Shown here: piece after piece, positions 12,921-25,100 of the stretch
How the letters are laid out: the number at the start of each line of letters is the position of its first letter
How positions within the stretch are numbered: position 1 is the first letter of the stretch
Assembly (NCBI GenBank): GCA_004431415.1
Contig: QPMI01000056.1
Span: 248,001 to 312,000 of the forward strand
Length of the DNA: 64,000 nt
DNA from: Cyanophora paradoxa CCMP329
Taxonomy: Eukaryota; Plantae; Glaucophyta
Reading direction: 5' to 3'
Notes under the pieces: model-generated
Told to the model about the DNA's origin: nothing
Seen by the model: the letters and a program-made list of their open reading frames with translations, nothing else
Database searches by the model: none
Position numbers and translations under genes: made by a program

Positions 12921-15477
12921 ATGGCGCGGCCGCGGTTCGCGCTCCTCCTGGCCATGGCCGTCGGGCTCGTGCTCCTCCAGCTCGCCTTGAGCACCGCTGG
13001 CCACGGCGTCGGTGCGGGATCGATCGCGGGCGCCGGTGATTCTCTGTGCCCGGTGGCCACGGGCAGCCGATCCATGTTCCTGTCGCCGGTGTGTGCCGCA
13101 GTTCGCGTGCGCGCGCGCCGGGCCGGAAGGGCGAGCTCGAGCCCGACGCGGCGCGCAAACTAACTGATATTTAGACAGCGTGCGCGAGCCCCTGTACATG
13201 TCGCCATTATAATTTAGACCGATCTGATCACAATCCGGATAATGATAGCAATATATATAATGATATGAAAATCGCTAATCGTGCGATCGCAAGTCCATCC
13301 ATTTCCCGTCCTGACGTTAGGGAAGGGACCGCAGCTGAAGGCCGAAACCCCGTGTGCCTGCGCGGCGGTTGCGGCTGCAGGTCCCATTGCCAGTACCGCC
13401 CGGACGTCGACCCGCCGCGCCGCCGGCGGCGCTGCGTACGTTTCGGCCAAGTCGGTCGAGCGCAATTTCCCCGGCGTAACCTGCACCGACGGACAATCCA
13501 TCGGTGGTTCCTGCACGGCGGACGTGTGCCCCACGCTCACGGGGGCTAACAGCCTCCAATTGTTCACGCACGTTTTTGACGGCACCACTTACTGCGTGAC
13601 AACAAACTGCACGGCCGGTGATGTCATTCCGAAGGACGCCAGCTCCATTAATTGTGCCTGCCAAGCCCCTCTCCAAGTTTCAGGCACGAGCTGCACGGCC
13701 CCGCCTACGCCCAGCCCGAGCCCGAGCCCGAGCCCCAGCCCCAGCCCTTCCCCGTCGGCCTCGCCCTCCGCAACGCCCAGCCCGAGCCCCAGCCCCAGCC
13801 CCAGCCCCACCCCGAGCCCGAGCCCGAGCCCCAGCGCCAGCCCGAGCCCGAGCCCGTCCGCGTCCGCCACGCCCTCCGCGACGCCCAGCGCCAGCCCGTC
13901 GGCAACTCCTTCGGCAACGCCCGCGGCCAGCCCGTCGGCCACACCCTCCCCGACGCCCGCGGCCGTCACCCTCGTGCGCCCCCCTTTTCTTTTATTCGAT
14001 TATAACCAATCGCTAGAGTATTCGTTTTAATAATATTCAAGGATCTAAACATTGATGACCCCTTCTAATGAGAGCCTTCGGCGCAGAATATCACGTCGAT
14101 TCTCGTCGGGGGCCGCAACATCGCTGTCGGGGGCGCCTTCGCCGAGCCCCCGCTCCAGGTCCCCCAGGCGCGCCTCCCCGCCATGCGGCTGCCGAGCCAC
14201 GTGCACGTTCATTATAAGATTATACTTAATTATCGATTCAGATAGATATCTAGATAGATAAAGTACTGTTCGGCCGCGGATCACATTAATATTGCACGCT
14301 CACGTTTGACCCGCAGGCGGGAGGAGAAATCGTCATTGCCGCCAGCCCCGGCTCGGAGTTCCCCTTCAACAAGACCGTTATCGTAAGCCTATTCAAACGC
14401 ACGATGAACTATAATCTGTTGACTCAGTGACATGTATATGTAACTAGTATTCTATTGAGCAGAACTAATTATATAATTGCCAATATGAAATAGTGTATCG
14501 CCGCAAATATGCGATATATAGTAGCCTAGTATACGTAGCTTCTTCATAAATCATAGCGACTCGCGATATCGATATCGATACATTTACAAGCGCGATAAAT
14601 TATAATGCCGACGCGTACGTCCGACGGTCGCTCATTTACTCACAATCGAGGCAGGTCGAGATCGTGTCCCCGTCGGGCGTCGCGTGTCCCGCCGAGAACG
14701 CCCGCTTCACGAGCACCACCGAGCTCCGCTTCAGTGCGCCTGCCTTCGGGAAAATTCATGATCATGACACCTTAATTAATTCCGCACATCACGGCATTGT
14801 ACATATGCATGTTTGTGTTGATCCGAGCCACTGACGTGACGCCCCGCGCGCCATGCAGCGGTCCCCTCCTTCGAGCGCTGCGGCGCCGGCAGCCGCAGCC
14901 GCGAGCGGTCTCTCCTCGTGCGCTCTTCGATTTCGGCCTCCGAGGCCAGGCTCTCTATCCTCATAATTTTAAGTCACTAATATAGTAACCGATTAACTGG
15001 GGTGCACTGCGGCAGGGGGCGGCATTCGCGTCCGGGACGGGCTACGACGTCGTGATCCGGAGCCCCACAAACGCGTTCCAGCCCTTCATTCTACTTAAGG
15101 TCCGCTGCGCGCGACGACGGCTAGGCACGGGTTTAGATATTTCTATTCGATTTCTCACGTGCACCTGTACCGCGCGTGCACGCGCGGGCACAGGCGTTCG
15201 CGTGGCGGCAGTCCTCTTCGGGCTCTTCGGGCGTGTGCGTGATTTAATTTCTGTTGCACTTCGAATTCGTCGTTATAATTACATATTAAGTTTTGCTGCT
15301 GCCGTTGCAAAATTGCGCGTTCATGGAATTTCGCTCAGCGGCTGACGCGCAAGCTTTCGCAGGCCGTACTTCAGCGGGTCGCCGGCCATCGGCGCTCCGT
15401 CCCTTTCGGCCACCGGCCTCCTCGCCGCCCTCCTCGCCGCGGCGCTCGCCCTCGCCGCCCGCTTCGACCTCCACTAA
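12921..15477 (+). CDS. Secreted, probably GPI-anchored surface glycoprotein: Cys-rich domain, (Ser-Pro)n stalk, beta-rich C-terminal domain
   Basis: Signal peptide [24 protein letters not shown]; Cys-rich exon (13381-13973) followed by PSPSPSP repeats; further small exons ([57 protein letters not shown]). Hydrophobic C-terminus [23 protein letters not shown] (TAA 15475-15477). Confidence 0.75.
13705..13960 (+). repeat. Coding (Ser-Pro)n / SATP tandem repeat (extensin/HRGP-like stalk)
   Basis: Hexamer agcccg/agcccc array translating [11 protein letters not shown]...SATPSATP. Confidence 0.9.
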
Positions 15478-15669
15478 ACAAGATGTGCCACGGCCACCGG
15501 GTGCGCGCATGCGCACATTTTGAGATTGTATGCGTACAAAATCGTGTACACTTATCGAACCCCGCAGCCGAAGAGCTGGTCATGGTCGGCCATGGACTGC
15601 TCGCGATCGATGGCCGCTGCGGGCAACAATACCGCAATAATTCAATGCTACTAACTTAGTAGTAAAACT

Positions 15670-16216
15670 TCCGAGTCTGAATCCGAGTTCTGCCCCTTTC
15701 CTCGTGTCGTTCCCAGTTCCTCAGATTAGTCTTCAGCCGTCCATTGTTTTACCAACTCTACAACCTCGATTCCGTTTAGACACTCCGCCAGCTTCGACTC
15801 TCCCCTCTAGTGGTGTCCTACGTTTCGCCTCTCCTATATAGCTACTGTTCTGCCGCCTCTGCCTCCTGCGACTACGTCTTCTAGTTCTGCTGTTAGCTCT
15901 ATCTTGTCGTCTTCGTCTAGATCTTCGTCTTCGACTGTAGTTCCCCGTGCTCGTTCTCCTTATTCGCTGCGCCCCCGTGCTCCTCGTCGTTCTAGTGTGA
16001 CTAGTACTTCTGCGTCGACGTCCTTGAGCTCTACTACTCCTTCTCCTCGTGCTCGTTCTCCTTATCTTTTGCGTTCTTCTGATCGTGTCCCTTCTCGTGA
16101 TCCCTCTTGATTCTGTATTTTGTGCTAGTTTACTGTATCTTTGATTTGTGATTGCTTTGTTGTCCTTAATATCACTACCTACGGGGGGTTCGCCCCACCG
16201 TAGTCTCTCAAAAAAA
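15670..16216 (+). mobile_element. 5'-truncated non-LTR retroelement insertion with 14-bp TSD
   Basis: A perfect direct repeat TTAGTAGTAAAACT at 15656-15669 and 16217-16230 flanks a pyrimidine-skewed 547-bp insert. The insert carries an S/P/R-rich ORF tail (PRARSPYSLRPR), a 3' hairpin gggggttcgccccacc and an A7 tail abutting the TSD. Confidence 0.75.
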
Positions 16217-16544
16217 TTAGTAGTAAAACTAAATTATATAATTAAAAATACCGGTCACCCCGGCCGCCATGGTCTGCTGGCCATGGATGGCTGCTGCAGG
16301 CAAAAATGCCGCGATCATTCGATGCTACTAGGCCAGTGAAACTAAATGAAAGATTGATCAACCAGCTGCAGTACTGCTCCACGATCGAGTACTGCTTTGT
16401 GAAGTTTGAAAGCTGACAATCGTGGGCGATCATGATCACATGATCAGAGCTTGATCATGAGTGGGAGGGAGGATACGGAGACCGAATATCGGGAGTTCGG
16501 ATCGGACCCTATGATTGCATTTGCAATCAGATCCGGCCGCGCCG

Positions 16545-18160
16545 AGTCCGCATCCTCAAGGTTCGCAGGGAGAGAGGGGCGGGGGTGGGGTAGGGGGGGC
16601 CGGGCGCAGGCTGGGGGCACCGTCCGGCCGCGGGCCGCTTGACGGCGCAGGCTGGAGGCTGGATCCGGAGACCCGCTTCCAGCCGCTAAGAAGCCGACCG
16701 TTCTAGACTCGCCAGCAGCGCCCTAGCTATATATAGAAGAGCCCGCCGCGTCATTCTAACGAGAAGCGTGTCTACACGAACTAGGCGCGCAAGGCTTAAG
16801 GCCGACGCCTAGGCCTAGGCTTAAGCCGCGATGATCCGATGATCCAGCGAGGGCGGGAGATCTAGACGCGCGCAGCGAGGATATCATCTGAGCCTCCTCT
16901 CTCCCCCTCCTTCCGCCCCCTCCCCCTCCCCCTCCCCTGCCGGGGTCCTTCCGGAAAGGGATGGACGGGCCGGAGGGTGCCTTGGAGGCTGCCTTAATTT
17001 GGCGCCCGCCGGCTTCCCTTCTCCCCCCCCCTCGCCCCCTTCCCCTCCCCCCGCCCCCCCCCCCCCCCCCCCCCGCAATATATAATTGGCGCGGCAGCGG
17101 CGCGGCGCCCGCCTCCCTCGGGGAAGACGGCACCCCGGCCCCGCCCAGGTCCCAGCCCCCGCCTCCCTCTTCCCCGGGGGCACGCTGTCTAGGAGTCTCC
17201 TGGCCGTGCTCCGCGCCCGCACACCCCTCAGCTAGCAGGGGGATATCATCTATCTCTGCCAACGGGGCGGCCGCCTACGCCCGGCCCGGCCGGCGCGCCC
17301 GGCCCCGTCCCGCCCCGCCCCGCCCCGCTTCCCCGAGCTGCCCTGTTGGGATCTCGCGATCTCCGTGCCCCCGCCCGGCGGCCCCGCGCCCTACACCCCG
17401 CGCGCGCCCTCCATGCTCGCGGTACCGGTCGCGCAGGGCCCGGCGGAGCACCTCGCTGGCCTCGGGCTGGAGCCCCTCGAGGCTGCCGCCGCCGCCGCCG
17501 AGGTCCCCGCTGCCCCCGCCCGCCCTTCCCTCTGAGAAGACGGGAGACTCTGATGCCATGATGAGAGATGGACCCGTGCCCTGCCCCAATCCGCCCCGAC
17601 TGAGCCTGGCGCCGGGCAGGCGGACATATATAGACGGGCGGCAGCGGTGGTCCCTCGTTCTCGAGGACTTCATCACCGCCAAGGTCCAGGTCCGCACAGT
17701 AACCCCTTTCAGGCTTAGATCTAGATGGGTGGCAATGATTAGACTTGGCTATGGGACGGCCGGATGCCGGGGGCTTTCGAGAGGTGGCCCTGTTGACCGC
17801 CGCGCCCGCCCGATTAGATCAGACGAGTTTGGCTAGGTTCGAGGAAGTCCGGCCCTTTAGACTCGATCCGGCCCGGCGCCCGCCCCACACAGGTCCGACG
17901 GTCTGCCCTTCGGTCAGCGAGGATAGCGCGACCGTCCAGGTGAGCACGTACCCCCCTAGGCCTCCATTCGTCCCTCGCGAACCTCCCTCCGTCTCAGCCC
18001 CCCGCAGGAGCTGCGGTGGTGAAACCGCAAGTACGGCGAGTCGTGCTCGCGGCGCGGCCGCCAAAAGATCGGGTTCGCGCAGTGAGATCCCACGCTCAAG
18101 CCCGGCGCTCCGCCGCTGTAGCTAGCGCCCACTGCATCCGACATGTAGCGCCTGCGACAT
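16545..18160 (+). pseudogene. Degenerate genomic duplicate of the 3' part of the AAA ATPase gene (approx. 8955-11060)
   Basis: Colinear exon and intron similarity (ccgcatcctcaagg; gaagacggcacc; cctcgggctggag; tcgaggacttcatcaccgccaagg; caaaagatcgggttcgcgcagtga). Indels and a TGG>TGA stop in the last exon (~18020). The Walker-motif exons are absent. Confidence 0.85.
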
Positions 18161-19169
18161 CAAATCCAAAGCACCATCCAATCCAAAGTACCGTTGACGG
18201 CACGGCACGGCCTCATGGCCGCGTGCACGGTAGTAGATAGGAGGCAAGTTATGAGTGGGCCGGAGCCCGGAGGGCCTGGGGAGCCATATGCATGCACATG
18301 TACGTACGGCAGCTTCGCAAAATTAGAAACTCAGAAAACAATGAAGCACCGCGGCACAAACTCAGAAAACAAATACCCCTGGAGTCGGCGCAGTATAAGG
18401 CCGCCAGTATATGTACCCCTGGACTCGACGCAGCTGCCGCAGTGCACGCGCACGTGCCGCACCGCCGGCCCATACCCACACTCATACTCTTGGTGCACGT
18501 GCACGTGCCGCGCCAGCCGTGCTGGCAGCACTAGTACTGGTACTCTTGATAAAGCGAGTCTGGCTTCACAAATGCACACAGATGTTCGAAAGCGAAAAAG
18601 CGAAAATACTAGACTCAGATGCAGGAGGTCTAAAACTAGAACCTCTCTGAGTCATGCAAAAAACAAAAAAAGGTGACTACTCAAACCGCACGCAAGGATC
18701 AGCTGCAGCGGCTGCTCGAGCTCTACTGGGATCTATAGCTAGATCTGCTCTAGATCTAGAAAAAGAGACGGACCGACAAATGCTGCGCGTTCTAAACTTC
18801 CAAGGCTCAAAAACCAAACTCAGATCTAGAGAAACAAGCATGCGCACTCATACTATGATCATGATATATACACGTTCAATTCAGGCGACTCATCATTCAC
18901 ACGATCAAAAACGGTGCGTATACGCAAAAGGCATTCGATTTCTGTGATTAACTACTTATTTGCTACAAACATGTATATATATGCGTGATCGCTCCCCGCA
19001 GCTATTCTATAGTCGCTCTAGATCTAACGAAATAGCTTGCAATTGGCAAAATGAGCTTGCCATTGCATGCGCATACATGGACATGCATATGCATTGCAAG
19101 CATGCTGCAGAAGAATCCAAAGCTGCGGCCTAAAGCCGCACTAGTAGATCCAGCTACCAGTATTGAAAA

Positions 19170-22100
19170 TTACACGTGAATGACAGGTGCGGACTCAGCT
19201 GGGCGCTGGGCTAGGGTCCGGTCGGATATCGATCCCACGTAAATTGGAGTGGTGGACTGCACATTCGAGCCTGGTGGCGCGATATACAGGACTGCAGGCT
19301 CAGGAGGCACATGCCGGCCGCTTTCAAGCGTGGGGCGCCTGTCCTGGTCACGCCGCCCGGATCTGAAACTCGATGTCCTGTGGCTCCTGTGGCTGGCGTC
19401 GAGCTCTTCAGACGGCGTCACGTGTCCAGATCTGCTGAACTTTCTCTTCTTCCAGACAAATACATAAACGATGACGATGGCCACGACCACAATCAAGAAG
19501 AAGCCGATCACTGTCGGAGCCGCGATTGCTGCACGCATGTCCGCAGCACTGCCAGACGACTGCTCCGGAGCGGCCGTCTGGAAAGACGCCTGGCCATCGC
19601 CCGTCGCGAGTTGTTTCACGGGGAGCGCTGGCGCCGGCGCAGGAATGCCAAGGCTGAACGCTGTGAAATGGTCGCACGTGCCCACGGCGAACCACCGGCC
19701 GGCTTCCGTGTCGTACTCCACCACGGCTGACGAGCAGTTCGCCCAGCTCTCTGTGGTCTCGTTGAAGTAGATAAGGTCGATGGGCGGCGTGGGGACGAAT
19801 CTGCAGAGATGTCGACTTGTAAGCGAACACAAAAGCTAACAGCTGAAGCGTATCTAAAACGCCAGCCAAAGAGTGCAGATCTAGACGAGCGCACCCAGCA
19901 GGGAATGGCAGACGGAACGTGACGGGCTCTGCAAGATTACGAATGGCGGGACCGCCCGGGACCGAAATCTCAGTGGCGCCGGTGGAGACGTTGTAGCCGG
20001 CCGATGTCGTGTTTTTGGCGCCATAGGGAGGTCGCCGATACTCGTACATCGTGAAAGGCACGGATTCCGAGTCCGTGATGAAGGCTTTGGCCTGGTCCAG
20101 AAGCGCTTTGGGGATAGTGATGCTGAATCTCGTCTCATTGCCGCCGGCCATAGTACCCCCGCTGAAGTTCGCCCCATCACTGTCCGAATTGCAAACTGCC
20201 CCGTGAAAGTAACGTCAATTCGCTTGAATTCAGAGTCGAAAGAAAGGTATTTTTGCGCACCTCGCGTGTATGTCATGCCGACGCGGAGTCCGTTGTTCGA
20301 CTGGCTCGCGCCGCAGACAACGCACTGCAGTGAAGCCTCCGCGAATGCATGCAGAACCTTCGCCACACGCTGGAAGAGCTGAGTCGAGGAGTCGGACGCG
20401 CTGCTTTGCCAGTTGCTCGAGCTGCACGTGCACAATTATCACAAACAGCATGTGCAACCGGAGGATGCGTTTGCACTCACCCAGCAAATTGGTCGCTCGA
20501 GGATAGAACGAATCTGCGGACCGCGATCTTTTCAGTGTACGTCAGCATAGACGGTCCAAATAAAGAACGCACTTGTTGACTTCATCAAAGTCGGAGCAGG
20601 GGTCAAGCCCGTCGAGAAGTGTCAGAAGGTGCGACGCGAGCGTTTCCTGCGCATCCGCCGGCATCGTCCGCACAGCGACGGGCGAGAGAGACGTGATAGT
20701 TGCGAAGGTCTGAATGCGCTGCTCCTTGGTGGTGTCATTGTTGCCCACGATTTCTGGACGCGCATGAGAACCCGCATTAATATACATTATCATCCAACAT
20801 CGATAAAAAAGTAATCAAAAGGAATAAACATATATAGCACTGCGTGCTCATAATCATGATTAGTAGTGAAAGCACCAGTGATGCGGTTCAAGATCGGCCC
20901 CATCATCTTCTTGATGCGGTCGTCCTCGAGCCGATCGAGAGCCTTCGTGGGTTCCTGCTTTGAGTCCCCGAGCGTCGCGTCCAGGATGCGCGTGATCATG
21001 GATGCCACGTTCTCGACCACCGCCAGGCTAGCCTCACTGTCCCCGTCCTCGCTCGTCGTATCGAGCGAGCTTGCGGCCGAGTCCAGCAGCGACATGATCG
21101 AATTCTTCGCGCTGCTCTGCAGCTTCTCCTCGCCACCTGACCCCTTGGCGGCCTCGAGTTCTCTGAGCATGGCGCTCGCAACGAACACCGTGAGTTCGTA
21201 ATCTGGGGGCATAACCCGGATCTCAGCTCGTGCGCGCTCTGTACATGTATCATGGCATTCGAATTACCGGTGGCTGCATTATATTCGTCGCTGACAGTGA
21301 TAACCACTTTCATCTCCCCATCCGGCCCGGCGCCTGGTGTAAGCATACTGCTCGCAACCCGAGTTAGCAAATTCGTGGTTCATAGAAATTGCTTCATGAG
21401 CCGCTACATTTATAAACCTCGACTATTCGCGACACGAGTGCACGCGTTTTATTTTAATAGAAAGTATTAAAATTAGCTTTCTGTGGCAGGTAACGCGGAC
21501 CTTCTGATCACGTTGGCCGAGCGGGGCTGCGAGACAGGCACCATGTCCCCATCCAGGTTGTATTTCTGCAGACGGGATGCGCGGTGAGTTGCCGCCGAGC
21601 TCGCTACGCTCGCCCGGAGGCCACAAACCCGCAGCTGGTAACGGAGTGACGATTCTGTTGAATATGAAGTCGTCCAACCGTCGCACGTGAACATGAACTG
21701 TGCGGTGCAAGCTCAATTTCGACTCTCGGGTAAAGCGCAACCGTATGCATGCCTGGGTGTGCATGGCCGACCCGTTGGTCGGGTTTACGGAGCATGAACC
21801 CGGCTTGGGCCCAGAAACAAAGCGGATTACTAGCTCCTCCGACCCTGAATGGATTCCATAGAGTCGGGAATGGATTTGGAGATGCCACATATTCGAATGC
21901 ACACCTGCAGCTTCGGGCCCGGAAGACCGAGCATAGGCCGCGCACTTAACTCGGTAGATGCGGTCGGGGACAAGGGTCGCAGCTTCTGGCCCGCCGATGA
22001 GGAGCGTGGACGAATACTCACTCGTGCGAAGTGTGAGCCTGCTAATGTTTGCCAGCGCCTCTTCTCCTCCCGGGGCGCTCCTGTTTGCCCGTGATCACGA

Positions 22101-25100
22101 GATGTAATGCATTGTGTAGAAAATTGAATATTGCGAAGTTTTACAACGCTTAAGCCATAGAAGCAGCTGCAGCGCGCACCAGTCGAAGACAACCTCGTCC
22201 GCAAAGTTCGGGTTGCTGGGCTGCTTCGCCTCGCAGCGAATGCGAATCGGGTAGCTCGAGATAAACAGAAGGTCGGCAGGGAAGGAGTCCTTGACCTGGA
22301 CGATCCGATCCGGACGTTTGCGATCGCAATCGGAAGACATACAAACGCAAGAGCAGCATGTGCATGCAGACCTTGACGGCGGGTGCGGCGCCCTTTGCGA
22401 CTGTTACCTGAGTGCTTGCTGTTGCGTTTCCGGACGCGTGATCGGTAGCTACGCCCGTGCGCGCCGCATCCACGTTAAGCTCCAGTGTATAAACCGTCCC
22501 CTCTTTAAGACCGGCTTTAAGCAGGTCGACCAAAAGCTCCGGCGAGGTCTGACGCGTGACGCTCCAGACGCGCACTCCGCGCGCTTTCTCGATGAACACC
22601 CACGAGAAGCTCAGGGTGCTGGAAAGACCAGGCGCGGTCGCTCCCTTCACGAAGTCGGGATCCACTGAGTGGGAAGCGGACGCCTCAAAGAGCTCGTAGG
22701 GAGAGACGACGCGGTTCCCGCCGGAAATAACTGCCTTGACAGGGTTCATCGCTGTGACCACAGTGACGGTCATGGACGACTTGGTGGGCGGCATCTGATT
22801 CTTGTCGGTCGCTGAACACCGCGGAGCAAGCAGTCAGTTGGTCTGAACGGCACATGGGCAACGCTGGCGGCAGCGCACCAGTCATGGTGAGCACGTACGT
22901 CTCTCCCGGAATTAAATAGCCCTTGGGAAAACTGATCGTCGGGCGGTTAAGAGCGATAGGTGCTAGAGCAGCTGCAGTCTTCTGCAGGTTTTCGGGTAAC
23001 GTCCAGGCGCAATCGATGTTGTCGCTGCGCATCCACCCGAACTGCAAATGCATACGTGTTAATTTCGCAAATTTGTGGCTTGTTAATGTTGCTGCAGCTG
23101 CTCACGTTATTCTCGCCGATGTTGATGTTAACCTGTCAATGCACGTGGAATCGCAGGCGACTGTGAGCTCGAGTTTCGAGAATGTGTATAATCTATAATC
23201 ATCTCGAGCGCGGAACTCACATTGTCGTCCTCGAGCGTGCACAGAATGCGCTGCGCGAGAACCTATCGTAGTACACAGAGTTTTAGCATCCAAAAGCGGC
23301 AGAAAGCATGGACATGCGCGCGATATGCATTCTTATACGTGTCATATGAAAGATAAACGGAACGTGCCTTGATTGTCGTAAGATCCGTAGCGTGCGTGTT
23401 GACGATTGTACCGCCATCAATGGTCAGCGATGGGGGGAGGCCGACACTCTTGTGCACGACGACCTTGTGGGGGGCCGACCGGCCACCCAAGAAGTTCTTA
23501 GCTACAACGAAAAATACGTAGTCTCTGTCCGCCGGCACTTCCGCAGAGACTGTGAGCACCGATCCATTTACGGCTGCTTTGAAAGCCTCTGCAAGCAGCG
23601 CTGGTGAATGCTGAATGGTCTCCGCGTCAGCCGAGTACTCGAACTTGACCGGGCGCCGTCCTGCGCCTGTCACGCGCGAGACTCGAAGGACAATTCTGCG
23701 GATGAGCAGTACTAGTGTTAGACGGCGAAAAACGACAGGCCCTCGACTATTGCTAAAAGGTGCGCAGGCGCACTTGCGGCATGCAGCGACGGTGGGGAGC
23801 GCATCGACGCTGAATTCCGGCACGGCAGGATCGATCGGAGGTTCAACTACAATGAAGCCATTAAACGTGCGGCCTGAGCCATCCGCCGCAGTCACTGGCT
23901 TGAGGAGTTCCAACACCATTTGAGGAATGATGGTCGCTGATTTTCGGAATTATCCGGAAGGCTGGGTCAGCGAACGCAACAGGCGACGGAAGGGGACAGC
24001 AACGAAGCACCGTCACTTGTGGTGTCGCAGACAACAATGGTACTGGCTGCCCACATGCACATTGCGCCTGTTCCTAGCGACGCAGCCGTCGCCGGCGTGA
24101 ACAGCGTTTCAGCGGCAATCTGCCCGCTCGCTCCCGCAACTTCATCGCTGAACGTGATGGAAATTTGGTACGCGTTGCGGAGGAAGCGCGCATCGCTGAC
24201 CCGCAAGCTGCCGGTAACCTGATAGCGCTTTGGACTGCCTTTCACAACTGCAGATCCAGTCGAGTCGACCGCAAGCGAGAATGGCATGTTAACCGTAGCA
24301 ACGCTTGTGTCGGTGAGCTTCTTGCCAGTGACGGTGAACGTGAAGGAGCCGTCAGATTCAGCGCTCAACGGGGTCACCGTTCCGTACTCGACCTCGGAGG
24401 GAGCCAAAAAGGGAGCTCCCAAATCGCTGGCAAGCATGACTGCGGGCGCGACAGACTCGACCACACACACAAACGAGTCTCCGACCTTCACGTCAGCTTC
24501 AGGGCACTTGAGCGCGGCGTCTGTCAAGAAAATCAACCGACATAGTTGAGAGGAAATGTACATGCCAATAAAGTAATCACCGATGATTGCTACGGACACG
24601 GACGGAGCCGGGGCAGCTGCAGCAGCCGTACCCGCGCTCCCGCCGACTGAGGGGGACCACTTTAAAGTGGCCGACGCTTGGTGTGGGATGGAAGATGAGG
24701 TGAACGAAATTCCGACAGAACCGTTCTTAACCTCGATCCACGCCGATACGCTTGGAACAAGAGCGCCGCTGGGACTGATCTCGGGCAGAACGAGATCGGT
24801 AGGGCGGAGCGAGGCGCTTCCATTCACTGGAGCCGCAATGCATCCGAGCGAAGATAAGATAGAAACTCGAGGACGAGTACAAGAGAACGTCGCGTTGATC
24901 ACGACAATGGATGTGCTGCTGACACGTTTCTGGGCGTGGTCGATGGCCCGGCTCCAGACCGCAACTACGTCCACCCCCGCTTCAGACGTGGGGACTGTCG
25001 TCTGGAGAGTAAACCTCAGACTGCCGCTCGCTTCGGCTTGGACTGCGCCCACGATGCCTGCCGTGAAGACTGGCGGGTCAATATCTGTTGTTGCCAGGTC

